A stretch of DNA of 54,272 nt, filler included, from Sphacelaria rigidula (Eukaryota): assembly GCA_964200075.2 (NCBI GenBank). It is 5 parts of 5 records of this genome, joined end to end, with 100 filler letters (N's around TTAATTAATTAA, not from the genome) between each part and the next. Parts side by side here need not be neighbours in the genome. Positions count along the whole stretch, not along the records: positions 21,751 to 32,524 come from CAXNAA020005937.1; positions 32,625 to 43,398 come from CAXNAA020005938.1; 3 more parts are not named here. The stretch is one strand, 5' to 3'. The notes beneath the pieces were generated by a model. The model was not told the DNA's origin and did no database searches. It saw only the letters and a list, made by a program, of their open reading frames with translations. Each line of letters starts with the position of its first letter. Within the stretch, counting starts at the first letter, position 1. Below are positions 22,317 to 36,000 of this stretch, piece after piece. Both the position numbers and the translations under genes were made by a program.

Positions 22317-25300
22317 GCTGCGAGTGGTGGAAGAAGCAAGAAGAGCGGACAGCGCAGAACTGGCCGAGAGACAACAAGATGTCAAGAGACTTGAGCAGGA
22401 CTTATTAGACGCCCACCAGGTGGTAGAAGCTGGTGAGGCGCTACTGCTAACTACTTCACCTAGTGACCCTGCCCTTCTTTGGTATGTTGCCTGTGTAATA
22501 TTCCAAAACATCGCAGTTGTACTAGGTTGTCATCCCGAAACATGATCTCTGCGTCCTGCTTGGTCTGCGAGAAATCCGTGTCTGTCTAGGAAACAGCTGT
22601 GATACATATTTTTTTGCCTCAACTCTTTTGGAACCCACTGACAACTTTTGTTTCCCTGAATCGGCATCATTTTGACTTGAAAATTACTTGAACTGATGCC
22701 GATTCACAAAAATATAAATCGTCAATGGGTTCCAAGAGGGTTGAGCCTAACCCAAAGTCTAAGCCTAACCCAAAGTCTAAGCCTAACCCAAAGCCTAAGC
22801 CTAATCCTAGCCCTCAAAACCTGGACAGGAAAAGGGCGCGCGCGGGGGGGAGAGGAGCGGGAAGGGGGCATGGCTTCTTGAATATTATCTATGAGCCCCC
22901 CTGCTTGTTTCGCCAAGTTATGTAACTCCGTCCCTGCATGAAAAATGATAGGCAGGTTCGAGCGGGGTGGAGCGAATTAGTATGGAGAACACGTTCTTGA
23001 CGTTCCTGGAATTCCGCAGGTCCGACCCGCTAGACAATAATCAAGAGAGGTCATTTCCCACGATTAGCAACTTGCTGTGTTGGCTGCCCGGTCGTCATGA
23101 GAGGCTCACGCTCTTTGGGGTTATCATGTCTATGTATGCTCCGCACTACATCGATGAACCTAGAGTATGCAACTAGAGCATCGGCGACACAGCAGACAGG
23201 ACCCGAGGTAGCTAGCCAGTCTTGGGTGGGACCATAGTGTCCTCATTTTTCACGGGGGTCGAAATCACTGCTCGTGTGGGAAAGGAGATTCATGGAGTCG
23301 CAATGCAGTGTTGTGATCCCATCTATTCTGGGCGCCGGTCTACACCTTTCGGTATATGTGGGCGCACCAGCCGGGGTCACACAGGACGAAGGTCAACACA
23401 TGAGGTTTTCTCTTTTGTTTGTTTTAGCGTTCCTTGTGCGGTGCTTGCCTGTTATTTTTATTGCGAGAGGGGTTCAGCAGTCTCTTTCCCTCGTCGACCG
23501 TTAAGTCGAATTTTGCGTACCCACGACATAGTCGCTCTGCACTGTTGGGCATTGTGCGACAAAAAAATCCCAGATAGCTCCGAGATTCGAACCCGCGACC
23601 CAACCGTGAGAAGATTCCGAGGTTACGAACTGAGCCACCGGGGCGACCGGCTACACCCACGACATAGTCGCTCTCCACTACTATTGGGTATTGTGTGGGA
23701 AAAAATCCCAGATCGCTCCGAGATTTGAACCCACGACCCCACCGTCAAAAGGTTTCGAGGTTACGAACTGAGCCACCCGGGCGACCGGCTGCAGTACAAG
23801 TTGCATGATGATTAGATTTCATGGATTGATTTATTGCCCTCTATCGATTATTCGTGCTCATGTGAAGTGGTTTAGCTCAATCAATACGCTAAAACCCCAA
23901 CCCTAACCCCAAGATGCAAAGTTTATTTTTGAGAGAAGCAATGGTACAACAAAGAGGTCAGCATCAATCACGCACTGTACGTGAAGATATTGAATGCTCC
24001 AATTTTTCAATGTCAATCATACGGGGGTTAAAAAACAATACAATGCTGCACTCATCCCAACTTATTTCAACATTTTGGATGCTGTACAGCAGTGCATACA
24101 TACAGATGAAGGAACCCTTGCCTAGTATTATCATATCATAGCAGACACTCCTCATGTACCGGCTGGATATCCCATAATTTGACCACATAATTTTTTTCCT
24201 TGGGATCCGGCAGGGAAAACCATGCTGCGGGCGTTTCAGAGCGGCCCCGTTGCCCAGCAATTCGGCAAGCTGGTTGGGCGACGCAAGGGCCGAGGTGCAG
24301 CAAGCCCCGATGCTCTGGAGGAAGACGAAATTATGCTGGAATTGGATCACGACATGATGGAACTGGAAGTACAGAGGGGGGACAATAACGAAGGACCGGA
24401 GGGTTTCAGTGCTGCCGATAGGCTGCTGGCGGCGGTGAGCAAATATTGGCCCATCACACGGGATCAGTAACCCCCACCGCGTCCCCCCTCCCCTCCCCTC
24501 CCCGCGCATCTCTTCGACTCTCGTTTTTTTTTGCTACTTCGCGTCCTCACGTATCCAACGATAGAGAAGCCATATTTCGCTCAAAAAGATCGTATCTATC
24601 GGGATTAGAACTGGCAACTGTCGGCCCTGATTGGTCATTGGTGCATCAAATGTATCACCGAGGCACGGTGACGGTATGATGCCCACGAGAAAACGCCGAT
24701 GTCATTATCTGGAGGTTTTGTCACAAAGGGGGTGGTATACTACGTACGAAGGATATATACCGTGTTCTATGCTTTTGTATGGTGTTCTGTTCGCGTGTAT
24801 GTGTCATACTTTGCTAGAGGCGAAGCTATAAGCATGAACGGTTTTGTAGGAAGGCGCTACGGTTTGAGCGGGAATTCTTGTAATGTCCTGTTCGCGTCCT
24901 GGTCGTATATATATGTACGTGTCATACTCCTTCACTGCAGGTGAAACGGCAGAGAGAACGGTTTCGTAAGGAGGCGTTACGGCGCGAGAAGGAGGCATCT
25001 ATCGCGAAGGGAAATGTGGAACAGCTCACGAGGGACAATCAGGAATTGAGGCGGGAAAATATGCATCTCTACAAGAAAATTAGGTGCCAAAGAACAACAA
25101 TGATATCGACACTGACACCGACACCGACGACAACTCTCGGCCTTGCAGCAGTATTTGCTCCATTCTTCGTAAGCGTGGCTCTCACACGTCTTTCGATAGC
25201 TACTTATTCCCGGCAATATAGTTTTGACTTAACCTCGTTTTTTTTGTGTGTTGTTTTGGTTTTCCGCTCCCTCAGTGCCCAGACTATCGATCCTTCAAAA

Positions 25301-28300
25301 ACCAATTGATGTCCCCTCAAACCGTGAGTAAAAAGCGGGGCTACGCAATGGCCTCAGCGCGCTGCCCGCCCCCCTGACCCTGGTGGCCACACTGGTCAAC
25401 TATTGGTCAGTGTTGACGGAGTACAAGTGGTGGGTTTGAATTTCGACAGTCATGGCTTATTGCGCTGGTTTTCGTCATGGAAAGCGTGAAGACGTGAGTT
25501 TGGGGTATTATTAACTTAGCAATTATTTTCTATTTTTTTTGTTTTTGTTTTACGGTTTCCGAAAAAACACTGCCGGAGGTTTTAGATTGTCAGATATATA
25601 TACATATATATGTATATATATTTCAGTGATCTGTCGCCTGAACTGAAGAATTCTGCTCTCACATTTTTCGGAGGACGTCAAAACTGTCCGACTATGCCGG
25701 AGACTTCAGAAAATAAAAGAGACCGGTTGATATTACCCCTCGAATAAGACTCATTGAGTACCAGTTGACGGGCTGCCAGACTGCTGCTATTCATACTCCG
25801 ATGCTCGATGGTGGATTCGATGTGTTCGATTGTCGCACGTTACACTGATGCGCGATGCGTTAGTTGTGGCCATGGGATAAACGTACGTACTCGAGGTGGA
25901 CGAACGCAAGCATCCGCTTTGAAGTAAATTTTTGAGAGCGGAGAAATAGTAACAAAAGTGAGAGAGACCGGAGTTAAGCTGGGGGGGAAAAAATGAGCAA
26001 GAGAGGATGAGAAAGGAAAACAAGAGGAAATGAAAAACTGGAAGGGAATGGCACGATAAGCGCCAGGTTAAGATTCATCGTAGTACCTGTTCCGACGAAA
26101 CTCCCGACAATGTCCTGTCGCATGCCGTCGGGTAAGGAATCTGTAAATAAACGTGATCGAGCGAATGACAACACATAAGACACTAGAGGCAGATTGGTAC
26201 TCGGCCAATTATAGACCACGTTTCTTTGGCGGAGATGTTTCACGCGCCAGCTCTATAACCGCAGTAGCGGTAGTAGTAGTACTAGTAGTAGTACTAGTAG
26301 TAGTAGTACTAGTACTAGTACTAGTACTAGTACTAGTAATTCTAGTACTAATCGTTTTCCCATCTTTGAGTCATAGTGATTGATTGATCTGATTTGATTT
26401 GATTTTTGCACTTCAACTGACCACTCAGGGGTCCAGCCGTGGTCTCATGATAGACGTACCCAAGAAAAATAGAACCGAAACACTCGCTGAAGAGAGTAAG
26501 GAACGGAAAAAAAAGAAAAAAGAAAAAAAAAGTCGAACAGAATGACATAGTAGACTAAGATGTAATAAAACAAGAATAATAAAAAAATCAACAAAAGCAA
26601 AGCACAGAAAGAAATGGCCGACCTAAAACAGAAAAAAAAAGAAGTAAAAAGTAAATAAAAGAGAATAAAATAATATGATGAAAAAAACAGGAGGAGCCCA
26701 AGGGGTTCAGGGCAGCAGAGTAGATACCGATACACACCAGTGGGCACCGCAAAGCCACCGACTAAGGACATAATCAACAACCGATGTGAGCAGACAGGAT
26801 TCTTCAATTGACAGCCCTCGACGCAGCAGCCTCTCGCTTGTGACGGCGGTCTGATTCTCGCTTGTCCGCGCGTCGCCACGTGTCCTCAAACTCTACCGCT
26901 CCCTTTTCGACTCCAATATGCCATTTGCTCATGTTCTTCGCCGTAGTGATCCAATCGTATACATCGTTAACCTCTACACCGTAGACGATCCACTTTCGTC
27001 GGGCTCCTTTGTGCGGGACAGCCCCTAGCGCACGTGGGTTCTCCTTTAGGGTAGTGGGACGGAAAATTGCCGGTAACGGTGCACGTTCCACTCTGATTGA
27101 CTTAGAGCGTTTTTTTCAGCGTCAGAGTGCCGTCTGCACCTCTCCGCTCTGAAAACCCCTGTGCCACTTCAGAGTTCATAGCGGAACGGAAAATAACTGC
27201 TCCCACCTTCACCGCCATGGTCACCGCCAGTCCAAAATCAACGCACCCTAGCAAGCAAAGTGGGACATCCGTCACAACTGCCATGCTCGTCACAATGAGC
27301 CGTTCACGAAGTAGAAACGCTTGGCAACGCAATCAGATGACCTCCCTGACGCCGCCATGGTATCAGCATTCGGTTGGTTGTGTTGCGTGGAAATCCAAAC
27401 GCTCGGCGGGGTACATGGTGTTGCCTTGGGTGCAGTTCCTCCCTCTGGCCAGCTTCAGCTGGGAGAAGACGGTGTGAACGATTCGTAGTCCACAGGGCAC
27501 AAGCGGTACTACACTTGACTGCATTGTCATTCCGTTAGAGGTCATGACGTCTTGCACCACCGTTATGGGTGGCATGTTGGAAAATCATTGCAATGCGGTC
27601 TTGTCTGTTGTTTGAAAGTGCTGCGTACTGTGCTGTACCACTGTACAACTGACTGTACGGTATCGCTGTAGTTCACCGTACCGCAATGCACTCTTGTAGG
27701 GTTCTGCATTGCACTTTTTGTACTCCACACTGCACAGCACTACTGCAGTACAGCCTTACAGGGCCCTGTAGTGCTCCGTTGTGGATTGAAGTACTGCAGG
27801 TGCAGTAAAGCCTAGTGTACGGTACGTACGGTGTCGCAGGGTACGGTACAGTCAGTGCTGTGCCGGCCTATGCATTTTCGAACTGGCCGCTGGTCGATCG
27901 CGCATTCGGCGGGGCAACCTGCGGCCAATCACTGCGACAAAAAAAACACGTGAAGCCACGTTACATCAGCTTTCGCTATGAACTTTCAAGCGTCCATTCT
28001 GAAGTTTCAAAGCTTTCACTCTGGACTCTGACTCTATGATGAGAATAAATATCTTCCGAAACTCTCTATTATAGTCGCTGAAATAATATTGGTGGTGGAG
28101 TTGGAATAGTGTAATAGTAGTAGTGGTAGTAGTGTAGTAGTCCAACCTTTGAGCCCTTGCATCAGTGTCCCGAATTTGTCACGAGTACGGCGTGTACACT
28201 AAAAGATGACCCGCACGCCATGAATCGTTGATGCTTTCACCTGTGCTCCAGGTTCGTCATGAGCTACGGAGACAAGGGATCGGGATCCGATGGCGCGGGC

Positions 28301-30030
28301 TCGGGTGCCGGTGCAGAGGCGGAGCAGCTGACCGAGAGTAAATACCGCCAGCTGTACGAGGAAGACATGGATCCGTTCAAAGAATTCGACTCACGTATGT
28401 GCATCGACCGTAGATACGGATCGGATGCTTGTCCTTCCATCACCTGCCCACATAGACTGGTCATCGGTCGTGAAACTAGTGCTGTAGCCCCTTGACGGCC
28501 AGGTTGGGAGCGTGTACTTAACCGGCATCACTTTCCATTCAAGAATGGTGTGTGTAAGACCCAGATGAACCACGCACCCTGGCAGTCAAAATATTCAAAG
28601 TCGATGAAAACGCGGAACCGCCTTTTAGTTTCGGTCAAGGATTTGAAGGTGGATGAAAAATGGGGAGGGTGCCGAGTGCGTGCTTTGCAGACCCTAACGC
28701 CGGAATCACCCCCCTTTCCGTAGGTATTCTGCAACACCCCCCCGCCCCCTTCCCCCCTCTCTACGGAGTCTATTATTTGCCAAGTTACCTTGACCCTTTT
28801 AGCAGCAGCCTGCATCGCTAGCTAGCGAGCAGACTTTCCATCCCTGTTTTGTTCGCAGTTGTCAGCTTTTCTGCAAGTGGGCTCCTCTCTCTCCTCCTCA
28901 TCTCACTGTTGGAAGAATCCCGACACAGGCAGGAATCATGGTTCGAATGGAGGGATTACTCGATCGGGGAATGTTCGTGAATTAGTAGTTTTCATTTCCA
29001 CTCGACAGTACTGGATCCGGTAGACATGGGGAAAAAAAAAAGTCGTTCACGGAAAAAAATTACCAGCATTATGCCGTCGGGGCAACACGGAGTAAAGACT
29101 CGTTTTCGTTGGAAGCGTGGTGACCCGTACGTGGTCCAAAAATGCGTTCTTGCGAGTGTTGCGCTAGAAATAGCTAGAAACTACACTAAAAATTGAAATA
29201 CTGGGCTTGAACAATCGTCTCACCATAAGACTAGAATGATTGGGAATTCGGTCAATGGGACCAATGCAATAAACAGCTAGAACCTGGGACTGTGTTCTCG
29301 TAGGACTCCCGTCGACCGGTCCGCCCGTATGTTGTTCATAACTGATGATACGAGTTACTTTACCTTGGTGGTCGTTGCGGGTGGTATGTAGTAAATAGTA
29401 TATCCCTGTTTCCAAGTTTTGGTCATAAACGCTCAAAGTGGAAAACCTGAAAAAAGTGACTATCAAGAACTAACTCATCATTTTGAATGGTAACGGTACT
29501 GAATTTACGTCAGGTGCCCTGCCATTTTGTCGACCCCGTCAACCCTGGACAGCCGGAGTGGTTATCTGGTAGATGGGCATCATTTTCACTCGGAGAATGA
29601 ATGTCGAGATCCAGATGATCCGACCCGGCGGTAGAAAGATTATATTATATTTACAGTGACCGTACAGGTCCGTTTCGATCTCACGACCTTCTCACCCCTT
29701 GGTGGCGATACTGCCAATGATTTCATAGTATCTGGGGGCTTCTTGGAAATTTATTCTTGTACGCCACAGTAGTCATTTACCAGAGTAATATTGTGAAACA
29801 AATGTTTGAACCGTCCCTTACCCCCCCCCCCCCCCCTCGCCCCCCCCCCCCTCGGCCCCCACATGTCTCTCCACCGCACGTGAGCAGAAGAGAAGGCTAC
29901 AAGGATCAAGAATATGGGTCTGCTGGACAAGTGGCTCTTTTGGGGATCGGGAACCGTTCTTCGGAACCGGTTCCGACGACACGCGCTCGTCGTGTACCTG
30001 CTACTCTTGCACGTCGTACTGTTGCTATAG
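22317..30030 (+). CDS. CASP: CASP/Coy1-type golgin (CASP C-terminal domain plus tail anchor), last five exons
   Basis: Exons 22317-22432, 24214-24434, 24941-25083, 28252-28394 and 29888-30030, all GT-AG and phase-compatible. They give LLAAVKRQRERFR...ELRRENMHLYKKIRFVMSY...ESKYRQLYEEDMDPFKEFDSQEKATRIKNMGLLDK...VLRNRFRRHALVVYLLLLHVVLLL*. The QRDRFR, DNxxLYEKxRY, YExxxxPF and transmembrane YxxxLH motifs of CASP_C are all matched. Confidence 0.9.
22618..22745. mobile_element. MITE family B, copy 1 (about 125 bp, piggyBac-like ends)
   Basis: TIRs CTCAACTCTTTTGGAACCCACTGAC / GTCAATGGGTTCCAAGAGGGTTGAG and internal inverted repeat GAATCGGCATCA / TGATGCCGATTC. Second copy at 36281-36402. Confidence 0.75.
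22744..22812. repeat. 18-bp tandem repeat built from degenerate CCCTAA-like hexamers
   Basis: (AGCCTAACCCAAAGTCTA) about 3.5 times; interstitial telomere-like. Confidence 0.7.
23180..23790 (-). mobile_element. tRNA-derived SINE-like element with a tandemly duplicated head (intronic, antisense to CASP)
   Basis: Two units of about 137 bp (about 23519-23653 and 23656-23790). On the minus strand each carries an A-box (TGGCTCAGTTCGTA), a B-box (GGTTCGAATC or GGTTCAAATC) and a T6-7 run. The lower boundary is approximate. Confidence 0.65.
26262..27095 (-). mobile_element. 5'-truncated non-LTR retrotransposon (RTE-like) 3' end with microsatellite tail
   Basis: ORF end 27091-26804 (DWITTAKNMSKWHIGVEKGAVEFEDTWRRAD) resembles the W-xx-A-x4-W-xx-V-xxG C-terminus of RTE-type ORFs. 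It is followed by a T-rich 3' UTR and a (TAC/TACTAG)n tail at 26262-26350. Confidence 0.6.
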
Positions 30031-31647
30031 AAGTCGTTGCCTTGTTTTCAATTTTTTGCCGCATTTCCTCGAGGGTCAATTAATGTGTGATGATGAATCA
30101 AAATCAGTCAAACTTTCATTCCCTCCCTTGCCCGCGCTCCCCCGGAGGAATCTGGAGGCTCGAGGGATAAACCCGTATCTCCCCCTACAAGTGCCGTGCG
30201 ATTTGTGCGATTTTTTTCTCAAGCATTGGGTGATAGCCACCAGTACTTCCGCAACCCGTCGATCTTCATCAAATGTTTTTGTCAGCTCACGTCTCCATGC
30301 TTTTGAAGGAAACAAGTAAAATACACCATCACTGTTGGGATTGGAACCCACTTCTGCAACTCCGCCCAAATTGGTTGATGATGTACCAGGTTAGCCACGG
30401 GGGCTTGGTGGCCTGTAGATGTACGAGTATCGAAGGGGAACAAAGGACGGGGAAAATGCCTCCCCCGGGTAAACGTTCGCGTTTTGTACTCTTGACAAGA
30501 AAGCGCGGGATAGAGGACGTGTATGATTTGTGTCCACCACACTTTGCTTTGCTTTTCGGTCTGTACGATTCTGCTGATTGGCGAACACTGGTGAGCCATA
30601 GTCCACGGATCTCTTCGCAAGGGAGCGTCATTTTTTCGTTGGAACTATTAGTGCAGTCTTACTCGCAGTGATCTACAAGAGGTGACAAAAGTACTGTCCT
30701 CATCAGACAATCAGATGAGAAAAAGGTAATGCCCGTTCACAGTTTGAGCTGCACCGATCCAGGAAGAGTACTGTACGACAGTTCTGTCTTCGTCACCAGA
30801 TGGAACGACATTGCGACATTCTCCCGCGGACATGCCGCTCCCAAAAGCCAGTACCAACACTATAGCAACAGCAGTGAGAAGTATGACGTTTGGAAGATTT
30901 GTAGGTGTAGCTGTAATAGCATAGGATACGGGTACATACGGATGCAGGTGTGGGGGTATTTCGAACAGGTACCCTTAGGTGCCCAGTAGTGTTTCAACAC
31001 AGATGATATCTCAGCTTCCTTGGCAGGTACCATGGAGTAGTACCCAGTATTTCGGTATTCGATACCCTGTGGACCCATGAGATACCTCAGTATTTTCAAC
31101 AGTCGATACCCAAGCTAGACTCTGGAGGACTCGACACTTTTGGCAGTCGAAACCCTGTGTACCGTGGATTGTTCAGTATTTCTTCGCTACAGTAGTCAAT
31201 TCCGACAGCGTTGGAGCGCCGTATTGGTCATCGTGGTGAATTGCGGCTAGAAAGCCTTTGCAGTCGGTGTGCTTGTCATACTGTATTTGTTTCCTGTGTG
31301 CTTGCGTATGTGTTTTATTTTACGGCTGGTTGTCGTCTGAACGAAGGACTGATGCAAATATGAAAAAGAAAGTCGGCAATATGTTGTTTGTCTGTGGCCG
31401 TTTTCCCTTGCAGTGGATGCGCTGACTGCTGGTGATGAAATAGTCGTTTGAGAGGATGATGGTTGGGCGAGGTTTTGAAGTATTTGGCGCGTCTCTTGTT
31501 TCCCTTTTCATCGTACTACTTACATTTTGAATCCCTCCTGTTCCTCGAGACGACTCGGTGGTCCCGAGGTATCGGTCTCTCTTCCCCCCGGTATGAACAT
31601 ACCTGCCTCATATTTTGTGACGAGGGGAATGAGTCACCACTTCTGAG

Positions 31648-31921
31648 AATGTTCGCGTGAGATTGAGAGTGAGTTTTATTATTCGCTTTAATTTGACCAA
31701 TTTTTTCAATTTTTGTGCGCTCTTCTCTGGTTGTGGCACTGTCGTATGCCTACAACTACCCGTCGATATCCTACTCTGGGATATCCAATGCTTCAGTGGC
31801 GAGATACTACAGAAGGCGTATATAAGGCCCGGAGGGGCATCCGGGAACTGAAACTATTTCGTTCATTATTCGACCGCTTCTCGTCCTCAATCGTATCCTG
31901 GACTCTCAATTTCACGAAAAA
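31648..31921. mobile_element. MITE family A, copy 2 (more diverged); further partial ends at about 32216-32260 and 32357-32400
   Basis: Shares GTGAGATTGAGAGT, TGCCTACAACTAC, GATATCCTACTCTGGGATATC, CAGTGGC, GAACTGAAAC and CTCTCAATTTCACGAAAA, or close variants, with copies 1 and 3. Confidence 0.7.
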
Positions 31922-32524
31922 AAAAAAACTACCTGTCGTCCACCATCCCCGAAATTTTCCTTCTTTCACGGATCCTCCACCTTTCAAGGTCGGTATCAAC
32001 GGGGGGCTGTTGTTTCTTCAGACTTTTCGGACTTTTTCGGGGAGAAAGAAAGGTTCCCCCGACAAATGAGACGACATATTTCATAACCAGGTGAAGGAAT
32101 ATATCAATGGAAGACTGACAGCATATCACAGTACTCGGAAAATCAATCAAGCGTTTGTCAGATGTTTTTTCGGCGTTTTGTTTTGCTCGAAAAGTCAAGG
32201 GTCTGTCAAAAACAACAATGTTTTCGTGAGATTGAGAATCTACGATACGATTGAGAGCAGGCTTTTCATGGCTTTCAGCGGCCAGGTGTGTCTGCATCAT
32301 TAATGGACAAAACGCTTACCTCGCACATTGGTGCAAAATCCTGCCGGCAAACCTAACAATGTTTCCGTGAAATCGAGCGTTGAAAGTACGATTGAGAGTG
32401 AGGCTTTATTCGTAACATGTCTCGCTGCGCCGGTTCCGATAATGAGACGAAAATTTTACATGTATGTGTAGCATGTTGGAACATTCCTGCCACCCGTTGT
32501 CTGAATGGAATGGCAGAATAATGT

Positions 32525-32624
32525 NNNNNNNNNNNNNNNNNNNNNNNNNNNNNNNNNNNNNNNNNNNNTTAATTAATTAANNNNNNNNNNNNNNNNNNNN
32601 NNNNNNNNNNNNNNNNNNNNNNNN
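32525..32624. other. Artificial linker (N44-TTAATTAATTAA-N44)
   Basis: Identical 100-nt linker. Confidence 0.98.
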
Positions 32625-33003
32625 TTCAGGATATGTGGTGTTCGTGTGGTCTCTGGCGGGGGTATTGGGTTGTTCGGCGGGCGGGTGGGTCGGTGGGGGG
32701 GGGGGGGGGGGGGGAAGGAAGTTAGTCGTTTGCCCCGAGCGATCGTGGCTTGTCTACAGCGCCACCAACTGCCATCTGCTACTGTACCAGGGGGGACGAA
32801 TAACTCACACATCACACTTCGTTATGTGAACACAGTAAACAAGGGCGAATCAAAGCTCATGAACGCTAAGAGACGGCGCTCCATATGTGCACACATAATG
32901 AAGCACACACGGCACATACGGTACATGCATGGGTAGCGAGCGATGCTTGTAGCACAACACAGTACGGGCATGTTCTCTGGACGATCGTCCGTCACGTCCT
33001 CAC

Positions 33004-36000
33004 CTGTGGGTGAAGGGTCTGAAGAGGAAGCGTGTTATTCAACGCCCTCGACACCCCCTGCCTTGCCAACACGGCAGATACGGTCTCCACGTCTGTCACG
33101 TCACGTCACGTCGCAAACAGGAAAAATAAAGCACAGGATAGATAGGGCCCAAGGGGCAAAGAATGTATGTAGTGAGGAGTAATTTTCGGGATCCACCCTG
33201 AACCAGCTTGTACGTCGGACCTACTTCAATCGATAAGCGATTGCACTCGCAGCACCGTGACAGTGAACGACTACTTCCGGCCATTTGTTTGTTTCCAGCG
33301 ATAACGCGTGTGACTTAATCCACTGCGGCCAAGATGACGTAATCCTTCCCACAACACACGCCATATGGTGTTGTACTGTAGTTCCCGTACGAGAAAAAAA
33401 CGACGTAGGTTGACAACCACAACTACCGACTAGCTACTCCCGAAACCGCTACGCTCGGTAGTCTAAATTGAGATAGTACAGTACAGTACCACCAAGACAA
33501 TTACAGTGTGAAACACGAAGGTTCGATTGCCGTTATAAAAAAAAATCTCCTCAAGTTTTTCGTCAAATTACTGTATCTCATTTCCGTCGTTGAGAATCTG
33601 GAGCATCTGGGTATACTACCAATATCAATTCGACTGAGGTTGTTTCAAGACAGTCGCCCCGGGGAGGGAGTGCTGCTCCAATCCGTGAGACCAAAATGCG
33701 AGGCACGTAACGGGGGGGAAGATGGGTTTAACCCTTGAGACCACCAACCCGTCCCGAGGAGGGAGAGGGGGCAGGGGGGGTGAAAGTGTGACGGAAAGAG
33801 AAAAACAGCGGCGGTACCACACTTCGACTCCATAACCGTTGATACACATACTTTTCAACATTTTATTCTACTGACACTAGGACCAAGGAGCGCCGCGAAG
33901 TGATCACGGGGCGTCGTTATTTCCGCCAAACCAACCCCTTACAAACGTGCACTACAGCTTCTTTGTGGTATGGGCCCCCATGACATACCATGCGTAACGG
34001 TGAAATCCAAAATGACGTTAAAACGCGCGGCTCACCGGTGCTGCGGAAGATCGAGGGCAGTGCCCCCGTGACCGGCAACGCTAACGTGTGACAGCGTACC
34101 CGCCGTTGACCGCTGCTCGAGGTGTACAGCAACGCCGCCTGACGTGCGACACGACAGTCAAGCGCGACCGCAAGTAGACACGGTACACGTGGTCGGGTCT
34201 CGATGCTGTGTACGAAACGAAATGACACTACTCGACACGACCCCGTTCGCATCGGCGGTACAGCCAACATCCGCGAAACAGCAACACTCCCCAATCTGTC
34301 GGCAACATGTCTTCGAAACAAACAAGTCGACTTGCTTATACATAACTCGCACCTCGGGAATGCTTGCAATTTCAATCCTACGGCACATGAGAGTACAAGC
34401 ACCGAACATCATATATCCAGGATCTGCTCATCTGCGCACACCCAATGTCACAGTCACATCACAATCACACATCTTGCACAACTTCAAAGTTACTACTGCG
34501 GTTCATCGCAAAGACCCAGCCCGAGAGTATGGATCTAAATATCTAGATCTATAGATCACCGATCCACATATCATGAGCTGTAGTAGTGCACAATATATAC
34601 GCAACGGAACACAAGAGAAGCGGGAACAAATGCAAGTATTCAGGGTCATACCTGAACGAACACGAGACGGCCCTCCTCCAGTTTACGCCCGTCATGCTCG
34701 AGACGACACACGATGGAGTGATGCGGGGTTACCACTGCCAGCTCCAATTCTCCCGGCATGTTCTCCACGCCGGGTCCCAACCGTTGCGTGCACGAGAAGC
34801 CCGCCGTGCATCGCACCTGATGACGAGCACATCGAGGAGCACCCTTATATATGTGTCGAAAAGGAAGCTCCAGAGGAGCACGAGTAACACGTACATACTT
34901 GCACTACTTCACTGCTGTATAGAATCTGTACGAGATGACCCCAAGAACAGGACAGTAGGAGGCCACCACACGAGACATCACCCGCGAATGGAATCGTTGC
35001 TTCAAAAACGAGCGTAGCACCAAGTAAGTGCAGCAGAGAGCAAGCCACGTCTCTCTGCCCATATCCAGCGTGCCGGTGTAAGAAGCGCTGATACAACAAA
35101 CTCAAAAGGACCGTGTTCAGCCAAGAGAGAGATGCCGCGATACCCTCATTCCACCCTCTCCCAGAAAAGTGGTTGGTTTGAGGAGGCGAAATCTATATGC
35201 GAATCAAAATGGCAAAAGCTAAGCACACCGAGTAGCTAGGAGCTCCCACGATTGGGATCGTTTTCGCCAATGTCGCCGATATGAGGCGCTTCATGCAGTC
35301 TGAAAACAGTTATCGTGCGCTGTATGGCCATTGCTTTCGCAACAGGTTTGGGGCTGCTTCTTTTTTTGTTGGGGAGGTGGGGGGGAACCTTCCCCAGCAT
35401 GACTCACATGACTCACGTGCGTTCTTTTGCTTTTGCCGTTTTTCGAAACAACACCAACTCGTATGTTTTCCCTGCTGCGGCCGAGAATCAATCTCACTCA
35501 TCACATGTCATCAGCAGACACCGAACTGAACGACATCTCCAAGTACAGCGTTGATGGGTTTTTTGTCCACCTTGAAACCAACCCAACTCTCACCTTGAGT
35601 ACCGTCTCACTGGCAGCGTGCTCGTGATCCCGCAAGGAAGCCTCCAGCTGATCCCTCAGGTTCAACGCGGTCTCTACACCTCCGGCCTCCTCGTCCCTGA
35701 GGTACGTGACCCGTCCGCCCGTGACCCTAGCTACCGCGCCCAGGGTAGCCACATCGTAAAATTCTCGATTGCGCCCTTGACCCGACCAAAGCATCAAGTC
35801 TACGCACACCTGTTTACATTGGCATCATTTTCGACAGCAAATGGTCAAGTCGAGAACCCTGAAAAAAACGTGGGAGGACGGAGCGGGTCAGAATGGCGAA
35901 CAAGAGCCAAAATATAGACAGCAGTTGTTGGTTCCTCCTCCTACGGGTTTCAAAAGGCAGCATGAGGAGATCGGACAAATCTTTATGTGGTAAAACATTT

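Noticed and set aside
22744-22812. True telomere or chromosome end
   Set aside because: Short, degenerate and intronic.
23560-23790. Functional tRNA genes
   Set aside because: A and B boxes are present, but I could not form a proper acceptor stem or anticodon arm; a SINE-like head fits better.
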